DNA of 64,000 nucleotides from Candidatus Altimarinota bacterium (GTDB lineage: Bacteria > Patescibacteriota > Gracilibacteria > UBA1369): assembly GCA_041752875.1 (NCBI GenBank), contig JBGSVP010000001.1, positions 62,872 through 126,871 of the forward strand, given 5' to 3'. The notes beneath the pieces were generated by a model that searched no databases, was not told the DNA's origin, and saw only the letters and a program-made list of their open reading frames with translations. The translations under genes were made by a program, and so were the position numbers. Of this stretch, positions 20,001 through 27,948 are shown one piece after another (position 1 is the stretch's first letter; every line of letters starts with the position of its first letter).

Positions 20001-21338
20001 GCAGGCACAAAATACACAAAAGGCGGAAAGATATCATATAACGGCAATATGTCACTGCAACCGGATTTATCTATCTGCCCTTCAACCAAATACGAAACCT
20101 ATACCGAAGGAGGGAAAATAAAAACAAGATCAATCACCATGCCTGATAAAGAAAAGGTAAACTGCTACGAAGGCGACATCGGCAGTTCTCTAAAACTGTT
20201 CAAAGTATCAACACCAATCAAAATCGAATACTCGGCAAAACTTGATAGTTTAATTAAAGACAGCGTGTGCGAAGAAGGCATCGTCTGCGAAGAAAAATAC
20301 ATTAATAAAGCCACCGCCAAAGACACCAGAGTCTATGAAAACAATGAAGCAAATTTACCGGAAAAAACATATGGCACCATCACCAGCAACGAAGCCATCG
20401 TCCAGGTCTTCTGCCAATACATCCTGACCCGCGCCGCCGGCGACATCTTCCTGGAAAGCGACCTGAACTCCGGAATAGATATCAATCAATGTTCCAAATA
20501 TAAGAGCAGTACCGGAATAATCGTTGTTCCGGGAAATCCTCCTCCCCCGAATACTCCAAGCACCGGACTTCCCGCCAACAAGATATTCAGTATAAGCCAC
20601 GAAATCTGTTCCATGGGACAAGCAGGAACACTAAATTCCGATTTGCAAGAATTCTACGGCCAATCCGTTTCCAATAAACTTTCCAGCCAAATCTGCGAAG
20701 TAAAACTGCGCCCGGGCGAAGCCTGGCAGAAAACTTCCATTGCTAACAACATCGAAGAAAACAAGACCAGAATAGCAAGATGGGAAACCCTCAACGCCGA
20801 GGATTTATCATCACTGCTATTAAGGTATCCTGACAATAAGGTATACCGAATTACCGATGGCGACCTTACCGTAAACAGCGAAGTAACAATCCCTTCCGGA
20901 GCAAGAACATTCATCATCGAAAACCACGACCTGATAATCGGACAAGACATCAAATACGACAACACCACTTCCATAAACTCCATCCAGGAAACACCTTCAG
21001 TCGCATTCATAGTCCTGAACGGAAACATATATATAGATAAGAACGTAAAAGAACTGGCAGGAGTTTACTTCGTTCAAAAAGGTGACAGGACTGACTCCGG
21101 AAAACTATACTCCGGAACCGGCCCGACTAACAAAGATGTCACTTCGACCAGTCTCCTAACCATCTACGGCTCCGTTTACGGTGACATCCAGCCTCTCTTC
21201 ATGAAGAGGACTTTCGCCGGCGATCCGTCCGAAAACAATGCCGCCATCACCATCCGATTCGACCAGCGCATCATACTCAACACACCCCCGGGACTGCGGG
21301 AAATGCTTAATCTTACGGAAAGCGACGTAGCCCGATAA
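17100..21338 (+). CDS. secreted / cell-surface 1,412-aa protein with five Cys-bracketed modules and a DUF11-like C-terminal region
   Basis: Sec-type signal peptide MKIQKHKNLVLKILFTAISLTFFVNTANA. Five modules each begin and end with a Cys and are separated by Pro- or Gly-rich linkers. A TLEKYVKGN...ILTYQLKF...ATITDPIAGG segment resembles the DUF11 / conserved-repeat-domain pattern. Confidence 0.85.
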   Translation: MKIQKHKNLVLKILFTAISLTFFVNTANAAKLNITRQLCDLAVFPWNITVSANYDEALRPWINKVSESVCKNHLTIPTSSPYTAQPYTPNSNNYSSITDTSDIPLITGAEEKHGPKAEHTHDYFNDSLQDDFYYESMVAKFAIDFAPDTKVNINKIECVTTYPKNLENKYTIDQINSILSPLLDCDGEIQNEDFYGGIRVEKNEKGVIWTFGTQKGYKYQPTILGKNPDLDSVIRENIEKNNPKNKNISPSDPNYQKSNFNSSDENFRKFGQKVQLTTFDNNNHPTNAWSATTTSRILIRNFAIGKTYAAQNNNKFGSLNSQGKCDFNTGWCALLPSPSEFKEIEKIEGKYNYFWFPIGTTSTVWKKTPPPPTPPTCSSLSLNLTQNGKTVNTKAVQPNIPVNISVSPSFIPAEKSVALNYKWSAGSGTFDNGNPSNGNYQTSSSTATYDGGSDVEVRVQAYYADTNKIAEPCNAKFNIPKQTTSLKCNDLKILDQNNAPMPNIIDLNSPNPPTRLNMHLNVDKDDKLTNLSYQYTSEPSTGTFTAGGTPSTSITATSPDQNVIYTIPASPTSDITLIVKAVGGTPSGSNLTDCEEKIIIKHKSTPPPYCTSFSVTAEPSPIYEGSALTILKASGTYSDGKPVDRINWSTTNGTLSIGGICATQPPIFSLSNLPQGCSVNFSNGTVGTIISASANPPATNCEKSVTVVKKPNNNPPKCTRLELTPNRINLNEQTNFTAKAHFIDSNGNSANYDITLGWTGSPGTLEKTSETKSSAEPFLNKFYSTSPASAKVTAKVLSVSSVNNPDLSACYQEVKETYGGGGGGNRCSNFELTRKGNQVCISVNNYTGEFTWIVNNGPPYKTSYSDKCQIIATNLPVRAYATGSPSDCNDSLTPPPPPSSDKPTLEKYVKGNRGGFNFNKPSIVTVQSNYQDGSNILTYQLKFTPKGITSATITDPIAGGIDGEVLPAGTKYTKGGKISYNGNMSLQPDLSICPSTKYETYTEGGKIKTRSITMPDKEKVNCYEGDIGSSLKLFKVSTPIKIEYSAKLDSLIKDSVCEEGIVCEEKYINKATAKDTRVYENNEANLPEKTYGTITSNEAIVQVFCQYILTRAAGDIFLESDLNSGIDINQCSKYKSSTGIIVVPGNPPPPNTPSTGLPANKIFSISHEICSMGQAGTLNSDLQEFYGQSVSNKLSSQICEVKLRPGEAWQKTSIANNIEENKTRIARWETLNAEDLSSLLLRYPDNKVYRITDGDLTVNSEVTIPSGARTFIIENHDLIIGQDIKYDNTTSINSIQETPSVAFIVLNGNIYIDKNVKELAGVYFVQKGDRTDSGKLYSGTGPTNKDVTSTSLLTIYGSVYGDIQPLFMKRTFAGDPSENNAAITIRFDQRIILNTPPGLREMLNLTESDVAR

Positions 21339-21364
21339 CCTGATGTAGAAAATTCAGACAACAC

Positions 21365-21407
21365 AAAAGCCCTCTGCGACAACACTTACACCGGAGGGCT
21401 TTTTATT
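21365..21407 (+). terminator. intrinsic terminator closing the giant-protein module
   Basis: Stem aaaagccctc (21365-21374) pairs with gagggctttt (21394-21403), followed by a T-rich run. It lies 27 nt after the stop codon at 21336-21338. Confidence 0.6.
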
Positions 21408-21493
21408 AGCAAACAAATACAGGGTCCGCGCAATTCAAATCCTTAACCGGAAATGCTAATCTTCCCCCGCATTACTTTTCGACAGAAAAACCG

Positions 21494-22480
21494 ATGTCCC
21501 AACCCAACCTATTCCTGTTCACCGGCGAAGACACATACACCGCGCAACAACGGCTGAAACTCTGGCGCAAAGAATTCGAAAAAAAATACGGAGAATTCAA
21601 TGTCCAGTTTTTCCAGGTCAACAAAAAGGATGACCTTACCCCAGGCGAATTCAGAAACGCCATCAACACACTACCCTTCCTTAGCGAAAAGAAACTCATA
21701 ATCATAAGCGACTATCTGGCTACAGGGAGCACGGAAGAACAGCAGGAGATAGCGGAACAACTCGACACACTGCCCGAACACTGCCTTCTTGTTTTCATAG
21801 AATCGAAAAAGCCGGATGCCCGCACGACCCTTTATAAAAGACTAACAAAAAATGGCCAGATAAAAGGATTCCCACATCTTGAACCCGGAGAGTTAAGCAC
21901 ATGGATAAGACAGGAGATGCAAAAGAAAAACGCATCCATAGGTCACCGCGAAGCCGATCTGCTCGCGGAAATGGTCGGCCCGGATCTCTGGCAGATGGCA
22001 CAGGAACTGGAAAAACTCACTATCTACTCCAACGGTTCACCAATAACCGCAAAAACCATCGAAAAGATAGTTGATCCCAATATAACCGCGTCTATCTTCA
22101 AACTTACCGACGCCATCGCCGCGAAAAACACGAAACAGGCGATAGCAATACTAAAAGCAATGGTTCGCGGCGGCGAAGACCTTTTCCAGATTTTCTACAT
22201 GATTGCCCGGCAATTTCGCATACTCCTTCAGGTAAAATCCTGCATGGATAAAAAAATGACCTCCCAGAAGATAATAGTGCAACTGAAAGAAAAACCTTTT
22301 ACCGTCACGAACAGCATGAATCAGTGCAAAAACTTCGATCTGAACAAACTAAAGACCGCTTACCGCAAAGTCCTAAATATAGATATTTCCATTAAAAGCG
22401 GAGGAATAAAGACAACAACCGATGACCAAAGCGAATTCCGCCTCGCGCTGGAAAAACTGATTATCGAACTTGCCCACTAG
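21494..22480 (+). CDS. holA: DNA polymerase III delta subunit (HolA)
   Basis: 328 aa. The N-terminus LFLFTGEDTYTAQQRL and the overall pattern (LEKLTIY...IT...IEKIV..., FKLTDAIAAKNTKQAI) are typical of HolA. Confidence 0.8.
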   Translation: MSQPNLFLFTGEDTYTAQQRLKLWRKEFEKKYGEFNVQFFQVNKKDDLTPGEFRNAINTLPFLSEKKLIIISDYLATGSTEEQQEIAEQLDTLPEHCLLVFIESKKPDARTTLYKRLTKNGQIKGFPHLEPGELSTWIRQEMQKKNASIGHREADLLAEMVGPDLWQMAQELEKLTIYSNGSPITAKTIEKIVDPNITASIFKLTDAIAAKNTKQAIAILKAMVRGGEDLFQIFYMIARQFRILLQVKSCMDKKMTSQKIIVQLKEKPFTVTNSMNQCKNFDLNKLKTAYRKVLNIDISIKSGGIKTTTDDQSEFRLALEKLIIELAH

Positions 22481-22518
22481 ACCAAACATATCAAATCCAT
22501 AATAACCATTAAATCCAC

Positions 22519-23475
22519 ATGCTAATCAAGACACTCCAAAACCTCGGCCTGACCGACAAGGAAGCAAAGATTTACCTTGCTAACCTGGAAATAGGCACCA
22601 ATCCCGTATCCGAGATAGGCAAAAAAGCCAAGATAAACCGTGTAACCACCTATGACATCCTGGAAAAGCTGGTCAAAAAGGGCATGGTTAATTACATCAT
22701 CAAACGGGACATAAAATATTTTAGCGCCATTGACCCCGAATTGGTCGCAAACGAATTCAAACGCCGCGCCGGAGAACTTTACGATGTCCTTCCTGAACTG
22801 AAAAGACTGCATGGAGAGACCTCTCAACCGAAAGTACAACATTTTGAAGGGTTGGAAGGGGTAAAAAACATCTATATCCAATTATTGGCGGAAATGAAAA
22901 GAAACATCGATGCCGCCGAAGACAATCCCTCAACAAGAAAGCTTGAAGACATGCAGATCCTTAACTTCAGCAATTACGGAATAATCAAAAGACTTTGGCC
23001 CGCTTATGACGAAGAAGTTATTCATAAAAGAACAAACATAAGCATCATAACAAAATGCATAAACCCCGACGACGAACAGGGCAACACGCTGAAATCCAAA
23101 GACAAACAATATCTAAGGGAAACCAGACTCGTATCAATCGAAAAATATGATTTCAATAACGAAATCCTAATCTATGGGAACAAGGTCGCCATAATATCTT
23201 TCAAGGAAAACGCAACCGGAGTAATGATCGAAGACGCGGAAATCGCCGAAACACAAAGAACCATCTTCAACATGGTCTGGGAATTCGCCGAAATAACCAA
23301 CTCGACGATAATACTACCCAAAGGCGCCCCGGGGATGATGAACATTCCCACAGAAAACTCGGCACAAACAACGAACTCGCCACAAATCAATCCGGAAATG
23401 ACAATCAGGAAAGTGGGCTCAATCAAAACCAGGGAAGAAGCAATCCTCCTGGAAAACCAATCCAGCCTGTTCTAA
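22519..23475 (+). CDS. TrmB-family transcriptional regulator
   Basis: N-terminal winged HTH LGLTDKEAKIYLANLEIGTNPVSEIGKKAKINRVTTYDILEKLVKKGMV matches the TrmB (PF01978-type) pattern. It carries a C-terminal extension of unknown function. Confidence 0.8.
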   Translation: MLIKTLQNLGLTDKEAKIYLANLEIGTNPVSEIGKKAKINRVTTYDILEKLVKKGMVNYIIKRDIKYFSAIDPELVANEFKRRAGELYDVLPELKRLHGETSQPKVQHFEGLEGVKNIYIQLLAEMKRNIDAAEDNPSTRKLEDMQILNFSNYGIIKRLWPAYDEEVIHKRTNISIITKCINPDDEQGNTLKSKDKQYLRETRLVSIEKYDFNNEILIYGNKVAIISFKENATGVMIEDAEIAETQRTIFNMVWEFAEITNSTIILPKGAPGMMNIPTENSAQTTNSPQINPEMTIRKVGSIKTREEAILLENQSSLF

Positions 23476-24938
23476 AGATTGGGTTTCTTCTTATGCCACT
23501 GCGTAGAATGCTCATAGGCATGGCCGACACGGAGCAACAGATTCTCACTAAACTGCGGCCCGATTATCTGCATACCCACAGGCAAATTGCCCGACTCCCC
23601 TACAAACCCGCACGGAACACTCAACCCGGGGACTCCGGCACAACTGACAGGAATCGTCAAAGCATCCGCAAGATACATTTTCAAAGGGTCGTCAATCTTC
23701 TCCCCAACCTTCCAGGCGGGAAAAGGTGATACCGGTGTTATAAGAACATCGACATTTTTGAAAGCTTCATCAAAATCCCTTCTAATCAAAGTCCTTACCT
23801 TCTGCGCTTTCTTATAATACGCATCATAATAACCCGCACTCAAAACATAGGTACCGATCATTATGCGCCTCTTAATCTCATCTCCAAAACCTTCACTCCT
23901 GGCCTGATAATAATAGTCGACCAGATCCTTAACTTGCCCCGACGGCTTGGAACCGAAACGAATCCCGTCAAAACGCGCAAGATTAGCACTCAATTCCGCC
24001 GGCATCGAAATATAATAGACCGCGACGGCATATTTCGTATAAGGCAGACTGACTTCACTGACCACTGCGCCCATCTTCTCATATTCCTTTATGGCCGAAC
24101 GAACGACCTTTTCCACTTCAGGATCTATTCCTTCACCGAAATACTCCTTCGGTACACCTATTCTCAACCCGTTAAGAGGCTTACCTAATCCAGCCACATA
24201 ATCCGGCACAGCGACATTCGGCGTAGTGGAATCGCGGACATCCGTGCCCGCCATATGACCCAACACCATTGCCGCATCTGCGACAGTCTTGGTAAAAGGC
24301 CCCACAGTATCCCATGAAGAAGCCATCGCCGTAACACCGCTGCGGGAAACACGCCCGTAAGTTACCTTCAGCCCCACACATCCGCAAAAAGAAGCGGGCT
24401 GCCTGATAGATCCCCCGGTATCCGTCCCTAAAGAATAAAAAGACATATCAGCCGCGACCGCCGCCGCGCCTCCACCCGAAGAACCACCGGAAATCCTATC
24501 CAAATCCCATGGATTCCTGGTGGGACCGAAACACGAATGTTCGGTAGAACCACCACAAGCGAACTCATCCATATTCATCTTGCCGACCAGCACCATTCCG
24601 GCTTTATAGAGCCGATCAACTACAGTCGCATCATACGGGGGGACAAAGTTGCGCAAAATTTTTGAACAGCAGGTCGTTTTTACGCCTCTGGTATTGAAAA
24701 TATCCTTCAATCCAACCGGAATTCCATCAAGCACGGACAACATCTCCCCTTTCGACTGACGGGCATCAGCATTTTTTGCCTGCTCTAAAGCCAAATCCTC
24801 ACACATCCCCACATAAGCGTTCAGCTTCGGATTAACATCTTTTATTCTTCCAAGCAGCGCATTCGTCAGCTCCGTTGAAGAAAACTTCTTTTCCCTAAGC
24901 CCTTGCGAAGCCTCCGTTAAAGTCAGCTCATGTAACAT
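23472..24938 (-). CDS. gatA: Glu/Asp-tRNA amidotransferase subunit A
   Basis: Amidase signature GGSSGGGAAAVAA, with GTDTGGSIRQPASFCG. 488 aa, immediately downstream of gatC. Confidence 0.95.
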   Translation of the reverse strand: MLHELTLTEASQGLREKKFSSTELTNALLGRIKDVNPKLNAYVGMCEDLALEQAKNADARQSKGEMLSVLDGIPVGLKDIFNTRGVKTTCCSKILRNFVPPYDATVVDRLYKAGMVLVGKMNMDEFACGGSTEHSCFGPTRNPWDLDRISGGSSGGGAAAVAADMSFYSLGTDTGGSIRQPASFCGCVGLKVTYGRVSRSGVTAMASSWDTVGPFTKTVADAAMVLGHMAGTDVRDSTTPNVAVPDYVAGLGKPLNGLRIGVPKEYFGEGIDPEVEKVVRSAIKEYEKMGAVVSEVSLPYTKYAVAVYYISMPAELSANLARFDGIRFGSKPSGQVKDLVDYYYQARSEGFGDEIKRRIMIGTYVLSAGYYDAYYKKAQKVRTLIRRDFDEAFKNVDVLITPVSPFPAWKVGEKIDDPLKMYLADALTIPVSCAGVPGLSVPCGFVGESGNLPVGMQIIGPQFSENLLLRVGHAYEHSTQWHKKKPNL

Positions 24939-24977
24939 AATGGATTTTGTATAAATATTTTATTCAGCAATACGATT

Positions 24978-25268
24978 TTAATTCTTTATAACCTGCATAA
25001 CCTGAATCTGATTCTTCACAACAGGAAGTTCCGTGCATGCCAACAGTTCCTCACCTGTGCAGAATCTTGTGACTTCATCCGCCCGGGTGACATTCTTAAG
25101 TCCGGTTACCTGCGAAGTAAGTTCCACGCCTTCCGTATTTACTTCGTTCAACAGACTCATATAATCCAAAATTCCGCTTAACTGTTTTGAAAAGCGTTCG
25201 GCGGCGGCATCATCGATACCAATACGCGCCAATTTAGCGATATGTTTTACCTGCTCCAAAGAAAGCAT
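24978..25268 (-). CDS. gatC: Glu/Asp-tRNA amidotransferase subunit C
   Basis: 96 aa. MLSLEQVKHIAKLARIGIDD...FSKQLSGILDYMSLLNEV is the typical GatC pattern. Located upstream of gatA. Confidence 0.9.
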   Translation of the reverse strand: MLSLEQVKHIAKLARIGIDDAAAERFSKQLSGILDYMSLLNEVNTEGVELTSQVTGLKNVTRADEVTRFCTGEELLACTELPVVKNQIQVMQVIKN

Positions 25269-25332
25269 AATCTATGACTTAAAGTTGTACCCATACTATA
25301 CGAAATAACGTTTGGAATCAAAGCCAAGTGCC

Positions 25333-25361
25333 TTGCCTCCAAAACAAAACGGCTTTATACT
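25333..25361 (+). promoter_or_regulatory. predicted promoter producing a leaderless or near-leaderless transcript
   Basis: TTGCCT (25333-25338), 17-nt spacer, TATACT (25356-25361). The ATG at 25367 lies only 5 nt beyond the -10, where transcription should start. Confidence 0.4.
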
Positions 25362-25366
25362 AACCG

Positions 25367-25708
25367 ATGAAAAAAAGCAATAAACCACAAACAAAATTGA
25401 AAACGATAGAAAACATAAAAAAAATTTCCCTGGCCTTCTTTATAGTCACAGGCTCGATACACATAATATCCGGACTTATGACCGCAAACGACTATATGAT
25501 GCCGACAAGCCTTGTGATAAACCGGATACTGGACATCCCCTTCGCAATGACCGCCCTGATATACGGGATGACCAGTCTCCACGAAACCATTCCTACGGAA
25601 AAGAAAAAAATAGCCAATATAGTATTCATAGCACTTTCCGTTTTGATTCTTGGCATTCTGCTGTATATTAACCTCTTCGTCCCCGACAGGACCGCGCTAA
25701 TAAAATGA
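25367..25708 (+). CDS. small integral membrane protein (3 predicted TM helices), unknown function
   Basis: 113 aa with three hydrophobic stretches. Its stop overlaps the downstream start by 4 nt (25705-25708), suggesting translational coupling. Confidence 0.55.
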   Translation: MKKSNKPQTKLKTIENIKKISLAFFIVTGSIHIISGLMTANDYMMPTSLVINRILDIPFAMTALIYGMTSLHETIPTEKKKIANIVFIALSVLILGILLYINLFVPDRTALIK

Positions 25709-26199
25709 CAATGATGTTCAGGAAAGAACAACAAGGCAAAAAAACCGTCATGGCATTCGGAACATTCGATATTCTGCATGCGGGACACGAATACTACCTT
25801 AAGCAGGCAAAACAGCTGGGCGACAATCTGATAGTGGTAGTGGCGCGAGACCGCACCGTAAGACAGGTAAAAGGAGAAAATCCGTTAAACAACGAACGGA
25901 AGAGATTAAACGCTCTTAAGAAGAGCGGCATCGCCGACAAAGTAATCCTGGGAGATTTGACAGACAAATACAAGGTCGTACGCAAATACAGACCGGGAGC
26001 CATAGCACTCGGCTACGACCAGCTAGTCTTTACACAAAAGCTGAACAAAACTTTCATCGATTTGAACATGGATACCAGAATCGTCCGCATGGACGCCTAT
26101 TTCCCGCAAGTCTACAAATCTTCGCTTCTCAAAAAGAGAATTACATCTGACGAAAAAATCGAAACCGAAGAAATCAGCCACTCTTTAATTCATAATTAG
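25705..26199 (+). CDS. cytidylyltransferase-fold nucleotidyltransferase, archaeal RibL-like FMN adenylyltransferase (FAD synthetase)
   Basis: FGTFDILHAGHEYYLKQAKQLGDNLIVVVARDRTVRQVKGENPLNNERKRL closely follows the RibL / cytidylyltransferase pattern (GTFD.LH.GH ... VARD). Confidence 0.75.
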   Translation: MTMMFRKEQQGKKTVMAFGTFDILHAGHEYYLKQAKQLGDNLIVVVARDRTVRQVKGENPLNNERKRLNALKKSGIADKVILGDLTDKYKVVRKYRPGAIALGYDQLVFTQKLNKTFIDLNMDTRIVRMDAYFPQVYKSSLLKKRITSDEKIETEEISHSLIHN

Positions 26200-26205
26200 A
26201 CAAAA

Positions 26206-27177
26206 GTGTCCGTACAAAAAAAAGCACCGAAAATAAAAGACTACAACGGCAACATATTTATAGCATTCTTCAGATCTCTGAATTTGGGACTGGCAAACTT
26301 CTGGCGCAACAAATTCCTTTCTTTTGCGACAATACTGGTCATAGCTGTAATAATATTCATCTTCAACATTATTCTTGCCGTCCAGTTCATAGGCAACAAG
26401 GCTTTACAGTCGCTTAGCGAAAGAGTGGACATAGTCATATATCTGCGTGACGACATCGAAAACTATGACGCCAACAACCTTACGGAAACAATCCGCGGCA
26501 TCGCCGGCGTAAAAGATGTCAAATATACGTCAAAAGAAGACGCACTGGATATAGTTTCCAAGACTCACCCCAAGACCGCTGAATTTCTTCAGAAATTCAA
26601 CATCCGTAATCCCCTACCCCCAAGCATCAGCATAACCACAGCCAGCCCTGAAGACCACGCTAAGATACAACAGTTCCTGGAACAGGGAGATTACAAAAAC
26701 ATGATGCAAAACTATGTGACAGAAGAAGCGAGCGGCCAAAGCGGCATAATTTCGACTGTAGCAAAAAATCTGGCTAATATCAGCCAATTTGTCAGACAGC
26801 TGATTTTCTGGATGATCCTTGTGTTCATACTTGGAGGGACACTGGTGATAGTCAATGCCATACAGCTAACCATTTACACCCGCCGGCATGAAATCTATAT
26901 CATGCGTCTGGTCGGAGCGACCCCGAATTTCATCAGGACACCATTCATCTTTGAAGGTATACTTTATGGAACAGCCGCCGTAATTTTGAGTTTCTGCATA
27001 TTATCTGTACTCGGAAACAACATCATGATCGAAGACAGTAATCTTTGGACCTATTACGAAAGCCTTAACCTGTACAACATTTTCATCTACGAACTGGGCA
27101 TAACGCTTGTACTTTCGATTATCTGCAGTTATTCCGCGGCCCAGCAATATATCAAAGGCAAGCTCTCCGTGAACTGA
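26206..27177 (+). CDS. ftsX: cell-division ABC-transporter permease-like protein FtsX
   Basis: GTG start. N-terminal NFWRNKFLSFATILVIAVIIF, a periplasmic loop (VDIVIYLRDD...VKDVKYTSKEDAL), then three C-terminal TM helices. This is the FtsX topology. Confidence 0.85.
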   Translation: MSVQKKAPKIKDYNGNIFIAFFRSLNLGLANFWRNKFLSFATILVIAVIIFIFNIILAVQFIGNKALQSLSERVDIVIYLRDDIENYDANNLTETIRGIAGVKDVKYTSKEDALDIVSKTHPKTAEFLQKFNIRNPLPPSISITTASPEDHAKIQQFLEQGDYKNMMQNYVTEEASGQSGIISTVAKNLANISQFVRQLIFWMILVFILGGTLVIVNAIQLTIYTRRHEIYIMRLVGATPNFIRTPFIFEGILYGTAAVILSFCILSVLGNNIMIEDSNLWTYYESLNLYNIFIYELGITLVLSIICSYSAAQQYIKGKLSVN

Positions 27178-27198
27178 CCTAACCTGGCCTAAACAAGA

Positions 27199-27948
27199 AT
27201 GCGAAACTTAAGCACCGAAGGCATAATATTGAAGAAGAACGATTTCGGCGAACACGACAGGTTCGTCACGTTCTATTCACCGACTCTGGGAAAAACCGAA
27301 GCGATAGCGAAACACTCCCGCAAGCTGGAAAGCCCCATGATGGGACACCTTGAGATGTTCAACATTTGCAGATTTCAGCTGTATAAAGGGAACAACAGCT
27401 ACATGATTACACAATGTCAGACTGTACAAACATTCAGACCGCTTAGAGACGACTTCACAAAAACACTGACAGCAATTCTGATGACAGAGATTTTCCACAA
27501 AACCACTTGCGGAGAAGAGCAGTCGGAAACACTCTACAGGCTTGTCAAAAAAAGTCTTGAACATCTTTGCCTGACAGGAAACGATTTTCTTTGCCTCGAA
27601 AGCTTCAAAATCAAATTACTAAAAACCTTGGGAGTATTGCCGGAAATATCCAGATGCTCATCCTGTTCGCACAGATGGCAGGAAAAGGACGACATACTTA
27701 TCGACGAAGACAGTCACATCACCTGCAAAGACTGCCGGCGCGAAAAAACATGCTACCGGATAATCCCTTACAACATCATGAAGCTCATCAACCACCTTGC
27801 CACCACCGAGCTTCATCAATTGGCAGGCTTAAAACTCAACAACGACGAAGCCAAAACATTAAAGCGGTTTAGTGATCTTTTCCTTGGACACTTCACGGGG
27901 AAAGAAATGGTTTCCGAAAAAATCATGTTTGAATGCGCTGTTTTTTGA
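27199..27948 (+). CDS. recO: DNA repair protein RecO
   Basis: N-terminal OB-fold pattern TEGIILKKNDFGEHDRFVTFYSPTLGKTEAIAKHSRK and a C-terminal Cys cluster (CSSCSH ... CKDC). 249 aa. Confidence 0.85.
   Translation: MRNLSTEGIILKKNDFGEHDRFVTFYSPTLGKTEAIAKHSRKLESPMMGHLEMFNICRFQLYKGNNSYMITQCQTVQTFRPLRDDFTKTLTAILMTEIFHKTTCGEEQSETLYRLVKKSLEHLCLTGNDFLCLESFKIKLLKTLGVLPEISRCSSCSHRWQEKDDILIDEDSHITCKDCRREKTCYRIIPYNIMKLINHLATTELHQLAGLKLNNDEAKTLKRFSDLFLGHFTGKEMVSEKIMFECAVF

Noticed and set aside
27923-27948. 26-nt overlap of the convergent 3' ends of recO and the RSH gene, and a 9-nt overlap at 52635-52643 (DsbA/SLH), considered as possible antisense regulation.
   Set aside because: Short convergent 3' overlaps are common in compact genomes. 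There is no additional structure or conservation evidence available here.
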